This document shows positions 11,635 to 22,665 of a stretch of 64,000 bases of DNA, piece after piece. The stretch is taken from NCBI GenBank assembly GCA_903860975.1, contig CAIOSI010000001.1, positions 22,403-86,402 on the forward strand. Direction: 5' to 3'. Numbering within the stretch: position 1 is the stretch's first letter; each line of letters begins with the position of its first letter. Under the pieces are notes generated by a model. The model saw only the letters and a list, made by a program, of their open reading frames with translations, ran no database searches and was not told the origin of the DNA. The translations under genes were made by a program, and so were the position numbers. The DNA is from an uncultured Alphaproteobacteria bacterium. GTDB lineage: Bacteria; Pseudomonadota; Alphaproteobacteria; Caulobacterales; Caulobacteraceae.

Positions 11635-12690
11635 CTACTGTTGGCCAAAGACAATGGACGCGCTGCCCACGGGCAATGTGATGGTCGTTCCGTCCTTGGC
11701 CAAACGCCATTCGGGTCCACCCACTGCCGCGACACCGGCGGTGAAGGCCTCTGGCGTGAACATTGGCAGGCCCGCCTGGGTCAGGTGATAGTAGACGAGC
11801 TGCTTCACACCGGCCGCCTTGGCGATCTCGGCGGCCTCCACGGGCGTGGTGTGGTAGCTCAAGGTGTCGTTCATCACCGCCGCCATTCGGCCATTGCCCA
11901 TCCCTTGGAGGCCGGCCACCATCATCTTGGTCATGTTACTGTTCTGGGCTTCGTGGATCAGGACGTCAGCCCCCTTGGAGGCCTCAGCCAGCGGTGGCCA
12001 TTTACGGGTGTCGCCACTGATCACGACCGAGCGGCCCTTGTAGTCGAAGCGGTAGGCATAGGCTGGCTTAACGGGATCATGCGCCACCTGGATGGCCGTT
12101 ACAGTCAGGCCGCCGTCGGTCCACGCCGTGGCCTTACGAACGCCTCCGGGCCCATCTGTGGTCGGCATGGTGATCGTCTTAGCCTTCAGCAGGCCCATCT
12201 CGATCGGCAGCTTCACATCACCGTGCGCGTGGTGGGCGTTTCGAAACCCGTGATCCATGTGGTACGCTAGGTTAAAGCCGTCAGCGAGCTCAGCAATGCC
12301 GGGCGGCCCAACGAGAGCCAGCGGCTGCGGGCGTCCGGCTACCCAACTCTGCATATTGAATTCACCAACCTCGCCGATGTGATCGGAGTGCAGATGCGTG
12401 ATGAACACCGCCTTGGCCGTGGCGACAGGCATACGCCAAAGTTGAATGTTCTCAGTGGCCTCCGGGCCTATATCGACAAGATACATTGAGCCGGCCGCTT
12501 GCACCGCGACACAGGCCTTGGCCCGGTCACGGATCGGCAAGGGACCCGATGTGCCACAAAGCGTGATCTTCAGCTCATCGGCCTGCGCCCTGGCAGGCGA
12601 CGTCTTAGTGGCCCCGATAATGGCGATCGCAGCAAAGATGAGCAAAGCACGGCGCCCAATCATGGGCCTGGGATTGGGCAGGCTTGGCAT
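11635..12690 (-). CDS. MBL-fold metallo-hydrolase (exported)
   Basis: 351-aa ORF with the HLHSDHIGEV (HxHxDH) motif. The N-terminus GRRALLIFAAIAIIGA looks like a signal peptide. Confidence 0.85.
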   Translation of the reverse strand: MPSLPNPRPMIGRRALLIFAAIAIIGATKTSPARAQADELKITLCGTSGPLPIRDRAKACVAVQAAGSMYLVDIGPEATENIQLWRMPVATAKAVFITHLHSDHIGEVGEFNMQSWVAGRPQPLALVGPPGIAELADGFNLAYHMDHGFRNAHHAHGDVKLPIEMGLLKAKTITMPTTDGPGGVRKATAWTDGGLTVTAIQVAHDPVKPAYAYRFDYKGRSVVISGDTRKWPPLAEASKGADVLIHEAQNSNMTKMMVAGLQGMGNGRMAAVMNDTLSYHTTPVEAAEIAKAAGVKQLVYYHLTQAGLPMFTPEAFTAGVAAVGGPEWRLAKDGTTITLPVGSASIVFGQQ

Positions 12691-13047
12691 TTGAAATTTC
12701 GTCCCGAAATTTAGTCTGATATCGCCCTTAGCTACCAGCCTGTGGCCTGTCCATCCTTTGGATGATCCGAGCGGGCCCGGTACACAGGCTATGCCCTATC
12801 CTTCAGGTGCTGGACGACAAGCGCCTGAACGCGGCAGCCAAGGGCCGCACGATCCGGCGGGCCGAGCTTGTGACCCATGGCGGCGAGTTGCTTGCCAACC
12901 CCATCGACGAGCGCGCACAGCCAAGATGTTCGATCGGCTTTCAGGCTCATTCCCCGCCTCAAGAGGCCCCTCGCCCAGACCGATCGGGATCACAATCTGG
13001 GCAGGCGCGGGACTCGGTGTAACCTGACGTCTTGAGGTTCGGATGGC

Positions 13048-13563
13048 ATGGGAATGACGACAGAACACGCACAGCATCCTCGGATCGCGGAACGCGAGAA
13101 AGCCGGCCCCCATACAACTGGGGCCGAACGCATCGGCTTCAACGGCCGCGTCGCCATCCTAATCACCAATTCCGTAGGCACGATGTGGTGCGCCTACGCC
13201 TTTGCGCTGCTGGCATTGATCAGCCTGCCAGACGCGATCAAGGCGGGCACAGCACCGCTCATCGCCTGGATCGCCCAGACCTTTTTGCAGCTGGTCCTGC
13301 TGTCGGTGATCATGGTCGGTCAGAAGGTCTCAGCTGCGGCCTCTGACAAGCAAGCCCTGCAGACCTACAAGGACGCTGAGGCGCTTCTGAAGATTCAGGA
13401 TGACGTGCACCGACTGATCAAGCTCAACAACGAGCTGACGGCGCAAATCCATGACGTGACGTGCAGAGGCCTGGGTGTGAAAACAGCGCCTGCAAAAGCG
13501 CCGATTTCAAAGCCGAAGACGGCGGCAAAGTCCGTGACCAAGCGCACGCCAGCCAAGCGCTAG
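13048..13563 (+). CDS. two-TM membrane protein with coiled-coil and Lys/Ala/Pro-rich tail (DUF1003-like architecture)
   Basis: 171-aa ORF with good G/C third-position bias. It has two hydrophobic helices (WCAYAFALLALISL, FLQLVLLSVIMVG) and a basic tail KTAPAKAPISKPKTAAKSVTKRTPAKR. The family assignment is from memory only. Confidence 0.55.
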   Translation: MGMTTEHAQHPRIAEREKAGPHTTGAERIGFNGRVAILITNSVGTMWCAYAFALLALISLPDAIKAGTAPLIAWIAQTFLQLVLLSVIMVGQKVSAAASDKQALQTYKDAEALLKIQDDVHRLIKLNNELTAQIHDVTCRGLGVKTAPAKAPISKPKTAAKSVTKRTPAKR

Positions 13564-13571
13564 AGCCGGCC

Positions 13572-14441
13572 TCATGCCGGGACTTCCCCGGAGACGGTCG
13601 TTCGGTGCATCAGCCGCAGATGGCCATCATAGCCGCCCTCGGCAAAATGCATGGTGCAACGATTGTCCCACATGAGAAGCATCTGTTCGCGCCACTTGTG
13701 GCGGTAAATGAATTGCGCCTGCGTCAGGTGAGCGAACAGAAACCCCAGCATCGCCTTGGCCTCTTCCGCCGTCAGGTCCTCGATCCCGACGGTGTAGACC
13801 GGCGAGACATAGAGCGCCTTTCGCCCGGTGACAGGGTGAGTGCGTACGAGCGGGTGCGTCAACGCGGCGTCGGCTTCCTCCGAGACGATGATCTGCATCG
13901 TCCGTTTCTCGGTTTCCTTCGAAAAGACACCCTTTGATCCATAGGACTGCCGCGCCGAATGGATTGCGCGCAAGGGCGCCAGCATTTGCTGCATAGCCGG
14001 TGATAGGGCCTCGTAAGCGCAGCACGCGTCGACGAAGAGCGTATCGCCGCCCACCGGCGGGACGACCTTCGAGTGCAAGATTGTGGCGGCCGGGGGCGCG
14101 TGCTGGAAACTCCAGTCAGAGTGCCAGCCTGCCCCAAAGTTGGTGGCTTTTTCGTCCGGCTCGCGGCGCAACTCCAGGACATTCGGATGACCGGACATCG
14201 GCTTGATGTAGGGGTCGCTGCCAAAGCCGCCCATCTGCAGGGTGAAGGCCTCCAACGCATCAAGGCTCATCGCCTGGCCTGGGAAGGCAACCACACCATG
14301 ACGCGCCCAAGCGGCCTTGACCTCTTCGAGCACTGGCGCAGGCAACGGCTGCGTCAGGTCGGGGCCGGAGATCTCCGCGCCGAACCCTGATGGCTGGGGT
14401 GTAACCTCAATCGTGCGATACATAACGGCATCCATGGGCAT
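13572..14441 (-). CDS. TauD/TfdA family Fe(II)/2-oxoglutarate dioxygenase
   Basis: Start at ORF-track M50 (MPMDAVMYRTIEV) with AAGGAGA upstream. TauD-like sequence throughout (WHSDWSF, GDTLFVD). Confidence 0.88.
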   Translation of the reverse strand: MPMDAVMYRTIEVTPQPSGFGAEISGPDLTQPLPAPVLEEVKAAWARHGVVAFPGQAMSLDALEAFTLQMGGFGSDPYIKPMSGHPNVLELRREPDEKATNFGAGWHSDWSFQHAPPAATILHSKVVPPVGGDTLFVDACCAYEALSPAMQQMLAPLRAIHSARQSYGSKGVFSKETEKRTMQIIVSEEADAALTHPLVRTHPVTGRKALYVSPVYTVGIEDLTAEEAKAMLGFLFAHLTQAQFIYRHKWREQMLLMWDNRCTMHFAEGGYDGHLRLMHRTTVSGEVPA

Positions 14442-14454
14442 CGTCCTGGTCTCC

Positions 14455-14826
14455 TTATGCGCCCAGCGCGGCCCGGTAGGTGCCCAGGTCGAAGTAGTCG
14501 CGCCAGATTTTGATCTTACCGTCCTCCAGCTGGAAGACTCCGCAGCACGGTAGATCGACGGGTCGCTCGCCGAGCATGGTCCGGTCAACGCGTTCGGCCA
14601 TGACGATGTCTGCGCGACCGATCAGGTTCAGCACCTCCCAGTCTGTGCTGGTCCAGCCTTTGAGGAATCCCGCGATGAAGCCCCTCAGGTTTTCGTGGCC
14701 CGCGACGGGCCGCATGGGCATGTTATGGTAGACGCCATCAGGCGTGAAGAACGCGACCAATTCCTCGACATCGAGCCGCGACCAAGCGGTGATAAAATCC
14801 CGAACGGTCATTTCATTCTCGGTCAT
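14455..14826 (-). CDS. limonene-1,2-epoxide hydrolase family (SnoaL-like) protein
   Basis: YHNMPM, ERVD and GVFQLEDGKIKIWRDYFDL match LEH-family hallmarks. The start is either 14826 or 14841. Confidence 0.8.
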   Translation of the reverse strand: MTENEMTVRDFITAWSRLDVEELVAFFTPDGVYHNMPMRPVAGHENLRGFIAGFLKGWTSTDWEVLNLIGRADIVMAERVDRTMLGERPVDLPCCGVFQLEDGKIKIWRDYFDLGTYRAALGA

Positions 14827-14938
14827 CGCCTCAATCCTCATCTGCTGGCGCTTTTCGCCTCGCCCTCGCGCGCCGCCAGAGCCTGCATCAAAACACCTGT
14901 TTGCGTCCGCCTCGGCAAGCCTGTAATCGAACCCCGCC

Positions 14939-15940
14939 ATGACCGCTTTCGACTCCGAAGAAGACCAGCTTCTGAACCTGGTCCCCGATCAGCAAGTGAA
15001 CGCCCGCGACGTCTTCGGCGTGGACTTCGACGCTATGGCGCCGGCCTTTACGACGCGAGACCCACATGTGCCGGATCTCGACGAGGCCTATAAGTTCGAT
15101 CCTGAGACCACGCGCGCATTGGTCGCCGGCTTCGCTCACAACCGTCGCGTCATGGTCCAAGGTTTCCACGGCACCGGAAAGTCGACGCACATTGAGCAGG
15201 TTGCCGCGCGCCTCCACTGGCCGCTGGTGCGCGTGAACCTCGACAGCCACGTTAGCCGGATCGACCTGGTCGGCAAGGACGCCATTGTCCTGAAGGATGG
15301 CAAGCAAATCACCGAATTCCGCGAGGGCATGCTGCCCTGGGCGATCCAACGGCCGATCGCGCTCGTGTTCGACGAATATGACGCCGGTCGCCCGGATGTG
15401 ATGTTCGTCATCCAAAGAGTGCTGGAAGCGCAGGGAAAGTTGACGCTTCTCGATCAGAACAGGGTCATCCGTCCAAATCCCTATTTCCGTCTGTTTGCCA
15501 CCACCAACACAATTGGGCTGGGGGACACGACGGGGCTTTATCATGGCACACAACAGATCAACCAAGGTCAGATGGACCGCTGGTCGATCGTTACGACGCT
15601 GAACTATCTGGCCCACGACGTGGAAGCCGAGATCGTGCTGGCCAAGGCCCCGACCTACGACACGACCGACGGAAAGCGCACCATCAACGCCATGGTCCGG
15701 GTCGCTGATATGACCCGAAACGCCTTTATGAACGGTGATATATCCACGGTCATGAGCCCGCGGACGGTGATCACTTGGGCCCAGAACGCTGAGATATTCG
15801 ACGGCGATATAGCGCTCGCCTTCCGGATGACATTCCTGAACAAGTGCGACGAGTTGGAGCGCGGCACAGTGGCCGAGTTCTTCCAGCGGGCGTTCGGGCA
15901 GGACCTGCCGGAGAGCACCGCACGCGTCAGGGTCGCCTAG
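14939..15940 (+). CDS. cobS: cobaltochelatase subunit CobS (AAA+ ATPase)
   Basis: 333-aa ORF with [39 protein letters not shown] and [17 protein letters not shown]. Confidence 0.9.
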   Translation: MTAFDSEEDQLLNLVPDQQVNARDVFGVDFDAMAPAFTTRDPHVPDLDEAYKFDPETTRALVAGFAHNRRVMVQGFHGTGKSTHIEQVAARLHWPLVRVNLDSHVSRIDLVGKDAIVLKDGKQITEFREGMLPWAIQRPIALVFDEYDAGRPDVMFVIQRVLEAQGKLTLLDQNRVIRPNPYFRLFATTNTIGLGDTTGLYHGTQQINQGQMDRWSIVTTLNYLAHDVEAEIVLAKAPTYDTTDGKRTINAMVRVADMTRNAFMNGDISTVMSPRTVITWAQNAEIFDGDIALAFRMTFLNKCDELERGTVAEFFQRAFGQDLPESTARVRVA

Positions 15941-16035
15941 GGCCCGACGTTACGGCGGTGAAATGGCTGGACCGCGCGCGCCCTTCCGCGCGATCCTCTT
16001 GCCATTATGGCCCAAGAACCGCTGAGGGGGAGTCT

Positions 16036-17223
16036 ATGACCAGGACGATCGTGGCTGCGCTGGGTCTGAGCGCGGCCGTGGCGATGGCGGGCTTTGGCGC
16101 GCACGCTCAGTCGACCTTTCCGAAGAACGACTACGCCAGCAAAGCCAACTGGCTATGCTGGACCGGCAAACCTGGAGACGCCTGCGCGATCGATCTGACG
16201 ACCACGGTGATCAAGGCCGACGGGACCGAGACGGTGGAGAGATTCAGCGCCGATCCGAAAGCGCCGATCGACTGCTTCTACGTCTATCCGACGATCTCCA
16301 ATGATCCGGGTGCGGTCAGCACCATGAACATCGGCCCTGAGGAACTCAGCGTTGTGAAGGCGCAACTCGCCCGCTTCGGGTCCAAGTGCCGCATCTATGC
16401 GCCGATGTATCGCCAGTTCACGCTGACAGCCCTGCGTGCCGGCATGTCTGGCAAGCCTGTGCCGGGGGCAAATGATCCTGCGACGCGGGCGGTGGGCTAC
16501 GCTGACGTCCTGGACGCCTGGAATTATTACCTGGCCAAAGAAAACAGGGGCCGCGGCGTTGTCTTGATCGGTCACAGTCAAGGCTCTGGCGTGCTGACTC
16601 AGCTGATCTCCAAGGAAATCGATGGCAAGCCAGTTCAGGCCAAGATCGTCTCTGCGCTGCTGATGGGCACTCGCCTGCCCATCGACAAGGGCAAGGACAC
16701 CGGGCTCTTCAAGTCGATGCCGCTTTGCAAATCCTCCAGCCAGACCGGCTGTGTCATCGCCTATGCCAGCTTCCGCGACACCATCCCACCGCCGGCGAAC
16801 AGCCTGTTCGGCAAGGCACCTTCGGAAAGCCAGATCGCGGCATGCGCCAATCCCGCCAACCTCTCCGGCGGAAAAGGTGAGCTACACAGCTACCTGAGCA
16901 ACAGCCCCGCGATCTCGGGCGCAGCGGCCCCCAAAACCGTCTGGGTTCAGGGCAAGCCCAATCCGACCACGCCCTTCATCTCGGTCCCCGGACTGCTGAG
17001 CGCCGAGTGTGTCCAGAAGAATGGTTTCAGCTATCTGGAAATCCACACCAATGCCGTGCCCGCCGACCCTCGCACCGACACCATCGAGGGCGATGTCGTA
17101 CAGGACGGCAAGATCAATGAGGCCTGGGGGCTTCACCTCATCGACGCCAACCTCGCCATGGGCAATTTGGTAGAGGTGATGGGCGAAGAGTCCAAAGCCT
17201 ATCTTTCGAAGACCAAGAAGTAG
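16036..17223 (+). CDS. DUF3089-type exported alpha/beta hydrolase
   Basis: Start at MTRTIVAALGLSAAVAMAGFGAHAQS (signal peptide) with a GAGGGGGAG RBS. VVLIGHSQGS is a nucleophile elbow. Confidence 0.75.
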   Translation: MTRTIVAALGLSAAVAMAGFGAHAQSTFPKNDYASKANWLCWTGKPGDACAIDLTTTVIKADGTETVERFSADPKAPIDCFYVYPTISNDPGAVSTMNIGPEELSVVKAQLARFGSKCRIYAPMYRQFTLTALRAGMSGKPVPGANDPATRAVGYADVLDAWNYYLAKENRGRGVVLIGHSQGSGVLTQLISKEIDGKPVQAKIVSALLMGTRLPIDKGKDTGLFKSMPLCKSSSQTGCVIAYASFRDTIPPPANSLFGKAPSESQIAACANPANLSGGKGELHSYLSNSPAISGAAAPKTVWVQGKPNPTTPFISVPGLLSAECVQKNGFSYLEIHTNAVPADPRTDTIEGDVVQDGKINEAWGLHLIDANLAMGNLVEVMGEESKAYLSKTKK

Positions 17224-17231
17224 GATGCCAA

Positions 17232-17253
17232 GGGCCAGGATCGCGCCTGGCCC
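17232..17253. terminator. 8-bp perfect GC hairpin between convergent genes
   Basis: GGGCCAGG-atcgcg-CCTGGCCC lies between the ends of 16036..17223 (+) and 17351..17530 (-). There is no clear U-tract on either strand. Confidence 0.4.
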
Positions 17254-17350
17254 TGCCTGCGATGCGCTCAACCCCAAAGGGCAGGCAACTCGGCATTGGC
17301 CGCGATAGGGATGAACGCCAAGGCGGACGTGATCGCCTCCGGCCCCGCGG

Positions 17351-17530
17351 CTAACTTCCCGAGATTTTTCGCCCCGCCATAACGCCCAGCGCCAGGAAGA
17401 CGACAAAGGCCAGAACGAACAGGCCGAAAAGGATCTTGGCCACGCCCGCGGCCGCACCCGCGACGCCGCCAAATCCTAAGCCGCCGGCAATCAGCGCAAC
17501 GACGGCGAAGATCAAAGCCCACTTGAGCAT
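17351..17530 (-). CDS. DUF1328 (UPF0391) small membrane protein
   Basis: Not in the ORF track (59 aa). My translation is [65 protein letters not shown] lies 8 nt upstream and the stop is TAG at 17351-17353. Confidence 0.75.
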   Translation of the reverse strand: MLKWALIFAVVALIAGGLGFGGVAGAAAGVAKILFGLFVLAFVVFLALGVMAGRKISGS

Positions 17531-17780
17531 TTCACTTATTCCTCGAAACGTCCGCGGTTTGCGGGACGCTCAGAGGAGAACGACAAGCTCCGCCTTCTCG
17601 TTCCGATGGGATCGGGTTTGTGCGGTCCGTAAAAAGCGCAAAAACCCGCGTAAAAAGGGATCTGGAGCAAACCGCAGACGCAATGGTGCCCCTGGACTGC
17701 CAGTTCATGCATGCCCTTTTCCGTGTTTTCCTCAGTCAATTCCTTGTTCGCCCACGCCAGCCTGATTTAAGACGAGCCTG

Positions 17781-19730
17781 ATGGCCAAGAATCCCGAAAG
17801 TCCGCTGGAGCCCTTTAAGCGCGCGCTGGTCAACGCGACCCGTTCGTTGGCGGAATCTGCAGACCTTGAGATCGTCTATTCCGGCGAGGGACCGCAGCTC
17901 ACAGGCAACAGAGCCGTCCTGCCGCACCCACCGCGCGACCTGACCTCGATCGATGCCGCGCGCATTCGAGGCTTCGCCGACCAGATGGCGCTTCGCATCG
18001 CCCATCACGACCCTGTCGCCCACGCCAAAACACGGCCATCTACGGTGCAGGGCCAACCGATCTATGACGGCATCGAGCAGGCACGACTTGAAGCCATCGG
18101 CGCCAATGCCCTAGGCGGTGTGCGCGAAAACCTGAAGGCCGTTCACGATCAGGCCTGGGCCAAGCGGGTTTTCAACCAGGTCGAAGCCCTGGCGAATCCG
18201 CCGTTGGCCGACGTCGTTTCCTTGATGGTCCGCGAGCGCCTGACCGGCGACAAGCCCCCGGCAATGGCCCAGCCCCTGGTCAACCTGTTTCGCGATGAGA
18301 TCGAGTCCAAGGCCGGTTCAGACCTCGACCGCTTGACAGAAGCCCTCGCCGACCAAAAGGCTTTTGCCCGGATTGCGCGCGCCATCATCCATGACCTGCA
18401 GATGGGAGACGATCTGTCTGACGCCCCTGACCGGGCGGACAATGAACAAGACTCGGGCGAGGAGGGCGAACCCGAGGTCAGCGATGAAAACGATGAGGGC
18501 GATGGCGAGGGAAAATCCCCTCAGCAGTCGACGATGGATGACAGCGAAGCCAGCCATAGCGAAAGCCAAGACGCCGAGTCCCAGATGATGCAGGCGCAGG
18601 ACGATCCCAATGCTGAGGAGAGCGACGAGCCCCCGGACATGGGCGAAGGCGACCAGCCCGCACGCCCTGATCTGAAAGGCGAAGGCAAGGTCGCCACTTA
18701 TCGGGTGTTCACAACGGCCCACGATGAGATCGTGGCCGCAGAGGAGCTTTGCGACGCGGAGGAGCTGACGCGACTTCGAGCCTATCTTGACCAGCAGCTG
18801 GCGAGCTTGTCGAACGTGGTCTCGCGCCTGGCAAACCGTCTGCAACGCAAGCTCCTCGCACAGCAGAACCGTTCGTGGAGTTTCGACCTTGAGGAAGGAA
18901 TCCTCGACGTGGCGCGACTGACGCGGGTGATTGTCGACCCGACAGCGCCGCTCAGCTTCAAAGAAGAACAGGACACCGAGTTCCGCGACACCGTGGTCTC
19001 GATCCTGATTGACAATTCCGGCTCCATGCGGGGGCGCCCGATAATGGTGGCCGCGGTCTGCGCCGACATTTTGGCCCGCACCCTGGAACGCTGTGGGGTC
19101 AAGACCGAGATCCTCGGATTCACAACGCGCGCCTGGAAAGGCGGCTCTTCGCGGGAAGACTGGCTTAAGGCCGGTAAGCCGCCACAGCCGGGACGGCTGA
19201 ACGACCTGCGGCACATCATCTACAAGGCCGCCGACGCGCCGTGGCGGCGCGCTCGGCGCAACCTGGGCCTGATGATGCGCGAGGGCCTGCTCAAAGAGAA
19301 CATCGACGGCGAAGCTCTGATGTGGGCTCACCAGCGGCTGATCAGCCGCCCGGAGGCGCGCCGCGTCTTGATGGTGATCTCCGACGGCGCGCCGGTCGAC
19401 GATTCAACGCTGTCCGTCAATTCCGGCCACTACCTGGAACGCCATCTGCGCGAGGTGATCGCCGAGATCGAGGGCAAAAGCCCGGTGCAGCTGATCGCCA
19501 TCGGCATTGGCCATGATGTCACCCGCTACTATCGCCGAGCGGTCACGATTGTTGACGTTGAGCAATTGGCGGGCGCCATCACGGATCAATTGGCAGAGCT
19601 GTTCGAAGAAGAGCCGCGGCGCTTGACCCGCCGCAATGCGGGCCTTCTGCAGCCACCGCCCAACACGCAAGGACCGTCTGGCCCGCAAAAACGGTCAACG
19701 TTTAAGGACGTTCGAAGGGCGGTGGCTTGA
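17781..19730 (+). CDS. cobT: cobaltochelatase subunit CobT
   Basis: 649-aa ORF with an acidic D/E-rich linker and a C-terminal vWA domain ([12 protein letters not shown]). Confidence 0.9.
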   Translation: MAKNPESPLEPFKRALVNATRSLAESADLEIVYSGEGPQLTGNRAVLPHPPRDLTSIDAARIRGFADQMALRIAHHDPVAHAKTRPSTVQGQPIYDGIEQARLEAIGANALGGVRENLKAVHDQAWAKRVFNQVEALANPPLADVVSLMVRERLTGDKPPAMAQPLVNLFRDEIESKAGSDLDRLTEALADQKAFARIARAIIHDLQMGDDLSDAPDRADNEQDSGEEGEPEVSDENDEGDGEGKSPQQSTMDDSEASHSESQDAESQMMQAQDDPNAEESDEPPDMGEGDQPARPDLKGEGKVATYRVFTTAHDEIVAAEELCDAEELTRLRAYLDQQLASLSNVVSRLANRLQRKLLAQQNRSWSFDLEEGILDVARLTRVIVDPTAPLSFKEEQDTEFRDTVVSILIDNSGSMRGRPIMVAAVCADILARTLERCGVKTEILGFTTRAWKGGSSREDWLKAGKPPQPGRLNDLRHIIYKAADAPWRRARRNLGLMMREGLLKENIDGEALMWAHQRLISRPEARRVLMVISDGAPVDDSTLSVNSGHYLERHLREVIAEIEGKSPVQLIAIGIGHDVTRYYRRAVTIVDVEQLAGAITDQLAELFEEEPRRLTRRNAGLLQPPPNTQGPSGPQKRSTFKDVRRAVA

Positions 19731-20132
19731 GGCCGCTCGCCGCTGCGCTGGACACCCGGGTGCTGGCGGCACGCGCCGGGCGGGGATTTCCGATCTCGGT
19801 GCGCAACCGGACGGTACTTTGATCTTTTTGGCCGACTGTGACGATTGGCTCCAAGCGATGCTTGTGCTGGATATTGCACGGCGACGGACCGGGTGCGCGC
19901 AGGCCAAATTCACGGCCATGACGAGCCTCGAGGGCAACCCCCTGCAGGCCAGGGATAATCGACACTGAGATGGCTTGGCGCTGATGTTGAACAATTTCGA
20001 GGATCTCGTTGCAGATCAAGGAGGGGGATGGCGCCATTCGCTTGGACCTGATTTCGCACGACAGCTTTTTGAGCTCCCAACAAACACGCCTGCCCGCGTT
20101 CGATGGGAAGCCATAATCGGGGAGATGACTTG

Positions 20133-20876
20133 ATGAAAACCGATGTCTTCATCGCCATGGCCGAAGGTGAAGCGCGCGCGTTTGTCTTCACGCCCGAGAC
20201 GGGGGAAGGCCCCTGGCCGGCAGCGATCCTGGTGATGGACGCGCCCGCAATTCGACCCGCGATGTTCGAAATGGGCGAGCGGCTGGCCAAGGCCGGTTAC
20301 TATGTGCTGCTACCGGATATGTTTTGGCGCGCCGGGCCTTATCCGCCGCTGGATATCGTCAAGGCCCGGGCTGGCGATCCGGAAATGGGAGCGCTCTTCA
20401 TGAAACTGCGCGCCTCGACGGATGTCGAAAAGCAGATGCAGGATATCAGCGGCTGCCTTGATTGGCTCACCCGCCAACCGCTGGCCAAGGCCGGTAAGGT
20501 CGGGATCACGGGCTACTGCATGGGCGCAGGCATTGCGCTGCGTTCCGCTGGGACCTTCCCAGACCGGATCGCTGCGGTGGGTTCTTTCCACGGCGGCAAC
20601 ATGGCTACCGACGCAGACGATAGCCCGCATCTGCTGGCGCCCAAAATCCGGGCGAGGGTCCTAGTCGCTGGCGCGGACGAAGATCGAGGCTTCGACGAAG
20701 CCCAGTGCAAGCGGCTGGCGAGCGGGCTGCAAGAGGCAGGCGTCGATGCGGAGGTATCGATCTGGAAAGGTGCGCGGCACGGCTGGGTTCCTACCGACAT
20801 GCCGGTCTACAACCCCGAGGCCGCCGAGCGGCACTGGAAGGAACTGATTGCCCTCTTCGATGGGGTACTGAAGTAG
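20133..20876 (+). CDS. dienelactone hydrolase family protein
   Basis: Start at MKTDVFIAMAEG (GGGGAGA upstream). GITGYCMGAG nucleophile motif, and HGW near the C-terminus. Confidence 0.85.
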   Translation: MKTDVFIAMAEGEARAFVFTPETGEGPWPAAILVMDAPAIRPAMFEMGERLAKAGYYVLLPDMFWRAGPYPPLDIVKARAGDPEMGALFMKLRASTDVEKQMQDISGCLDWLTRQPLAKAGKVGITGYCMGAGIALRSAGTFPDRIAAVGSFHGGNMATDADDSPHLLAPKIRARVLVAGADEDRGFDEAQCKRLASGLQEAGVDAEVSIWKGARHGWVPTDMPVYNPEAAERHWKELIALFDGVLK

Positions 20877-21060
20877 CGATGGTCCAGGCCTTGCGCCAAG
20901 CCGACTGCGCTCAGCTTGGCCCTTCTGCCCAAGGCCCGCGCCGCCTGGCTGACCCCCATTTCCCCGGGGCCTAGCCTCACGGTCCTAATCAACAGCCGGC
21001 GAAGATGACCACGACCCCGGTGCAGCTTCCGCCGCGCCTTCAGACGCCTCTACGACCGCC

Positions 21061-21088
21061 CAAAGAAAAGGCCGCTTTTCAGCGGCCT
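21061..21088 (-). terminator. rho-independent terminator of rpmB
   Basis: AGGCCGCT-tttc-AGCGGCCT hairpin about 30 nt after the rpmB stop. On the minus strand it is followed by UUUUCUUUG. Confidence 0.6.
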
Positions 21089-21116
21089 CTTCCGAACGAT
21101 ACTCAATCGCGCAAGA

Positions 21117-21413
21117 TCAGGCGGCAGCTTGCTCGGAGAGCTTAGCCTTCAACTGGCGCTTAATCTTCTGGGCCTTGGGCGACAATTCCTCGTCGCTGGC
21201 CTTCATCAGGAAGGCGTCAAGCCCGCCGCGGAAATCCAGTGTGCGCAGCGCTGCATTGGTGATGCGCAAGCGGTAGGACTGACCCAGCGCATCAGATTGC
21301 AGTGTTGCGGGCGACAAAGCGGGCAGGAAGCGGCGCTTGGTCTTAATGTTCGAATGGCTCACATTATGGCCGACCATCGGGCCGACACCGGTGAGTTCGC
21401 AACGACGCGACAT
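21117..21413 (-). CDS. rpmB: 50S ribosomal protein L28
   Basis: [29 protein letters not shown].. from ORF-track M29. 98 aa. Confidence 0.92.
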   Translation of the reverse strand: MSRRCELTGVGPMVGHNVSHSNIKTKRRFLPALSPATLQSDALGQSYRLRITNAALRTLDFRGGLDAFLMKASDEELSPKAQKIKRQLKAKLSEQAAA

Positions 21414-21612
21414 GGGACGAAAACCTTCGCGAGAATAGGAACGCTGCGGACGGGGTCCGCGCGAGAGCGGGCGATATAGAGGAAGGCCGGCCTCCACGTC
21501 AAGGTAAGGCAGGCGAACAACCGCCGATGCGGCGAAGTTTCCTGCATGACGCTAGCGATGAGCGTGCGGGCTTATACATTCGGTTGAGCCGAAAGCGGCG
21601 GAGGCGTTTGCG

Positions 21613-22665
21613 GTGACCCGGCTGGCCATGGTGATGATCGCCAAAGATGAGGCGGGTGCTATCGGGCGAGCCTTAAGGAGCGCACGGCCGCACGTCGACA
21701 AGATGATCGTGCTCGACACTGGCTCTGTTGACGCAACCTGCGAAATCGCCCGGACTGAAGGCGCTGAGGTCCGTCCATTCGTCTGGATCGATGACTTTGC
21801 GGCCGCTCGAAACGCGGCCCTTTCGCACTCCGACGCCAACTGGAACCTCGTGCTCGATGCCGATGAGTGGGTCGAGGCTGGCGCAGAGGCGCTCGGCCCG
21901 CAGTTCCTTCCGCCAGGCGGCGGCGGATTGATAGGCGAGGTTCGGATCGAAAACCTCACAGACCAATCCGGTGGCGCGGGAAGGGCTCAATCCTGGATCG
22001 CCAGGATTTTGCCGCGTGGCGTGTCTTACGAAGGTCGCATCCACGAACAGCCCGTCAGCGATTTGCCGCGCAAGCGCTTTGCGCTGAGCCTTGGCCACGA
22101 CGGGTACACGGCCGAAAATTTGGCCCGTAAAGGCGCGCGCAATGAGACGCTGATCATGCGTGAGCTGCAAGATGCGCCGGAAGACGCCTATCTCTGGTTC
22201 CAGCTTGCCAAGGAGCACCAGGCGCGCGAGCGGGCCCAACACGCGGCCATATGTTTCACAGAAGCCCTCCGCCTAGCCCCCGCAGACGTCGCCTATCGTC
22301 ATGCCCTTGTCGTACGTGCGCTCATGGCCTTGAAAGCCAATGGACAACTTGCCGATGCCCTAGCGCTTGCCGAAGCCGAGGTTGTCAATTGGCGCAGGTC
22401 GCCGGACTTCTACTTCGTGATCGGCGACCTCTATCTGGAAGCGGCAAGCCAGGAGCCGGATCGGGCACTCGACCACTTCCTGCCTGTGGCCGAGTCTGCG
22501 TGGAAACGCTGCCTGGAGATCGGTGAGCGACCCGACCTCGACGGTGCGGTCGCCGGACGTGGCGGGTTCATGGCCGCGCACAACCTGTCGATCTTCTACG
22601 AAACCCTCCGTCGCCAAGGCGAAGCCGCCAAATATGCTGACCTTGCCAGACGGCTACGCGGCTGA
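21613..22665 (+). CDS. family 2 glycosyltransferase with C-terminal TPR-like region
   Basis: MVMIAKDE..LDTGSVD..DADEW N-terminal GT-A signature, followed by a helical repeat region. GTG start at 21613; the alternative ATG MVMIAKDE lies 5 codons in. Confidence 0.7.
   Translation: MTRLAMVMIAKDEAGAIGRALRSARPHVDKMIVLDTGSVDATCEIARTEGAEVRPFVWIDDFAAARNAALSHSDANWNLVLDADEWVEAGAEALGPQFLPPGGGGLIGEVRIENLTDQSGGAGRAQSWIARILPRGVSYEGRIHEQPVSDLPRKRFALSLGHDGYTAENLARKGARNETLIMRELQDAPEDAYLWFQLAKEHQARERAQHAAICFTEALRLAPADVAYRHALVVRALMALKANGQLADALALAEAEVVNWRRSPDFYFVIGDLYLEAASQEPDRALDHFLPVAESAWKRCLEIGERPDLDGAVAGRGGFMAAHNLSIFYETLRRQGEAAKYADLARRLRG

Noticed and set aside
17531-17780. Possible cobalamin riboswitch upstream of cobT (and upstream of cobS).
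   Set aside because: I could find no B12-box-like element or conserved GGGAA/GCCACUG-type core. Needs cmscan to exclude formally.
18400-18700. Long Asp/Glu-rich low-complexity stretch.
   Set aside because: This lies inside cobT, and an acidic linker is a normal feature of CobT proteins.
19636-20037. Overlapping ORFs on both strands (110 aa plus, 111 aa minus) in the cobT to dienelactone-hydrolase gap.
   Set aside because: Both have only intermediate third-position bias and no motif I trust. The faint PilZ-like ISDLGA is not enough. I cannot decide which strand, if either, is coding.
20028-20051. Seven-codon ORF (MAPFAWT) right after a perfect AAGGAGG, upstream of the dienelactone hydrolase gene. 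Possible leader peptide.
   Set aside because: The SD-ATG spacing is very short (about 3 nt). I see no attenuator structure and have no conservation evidence.
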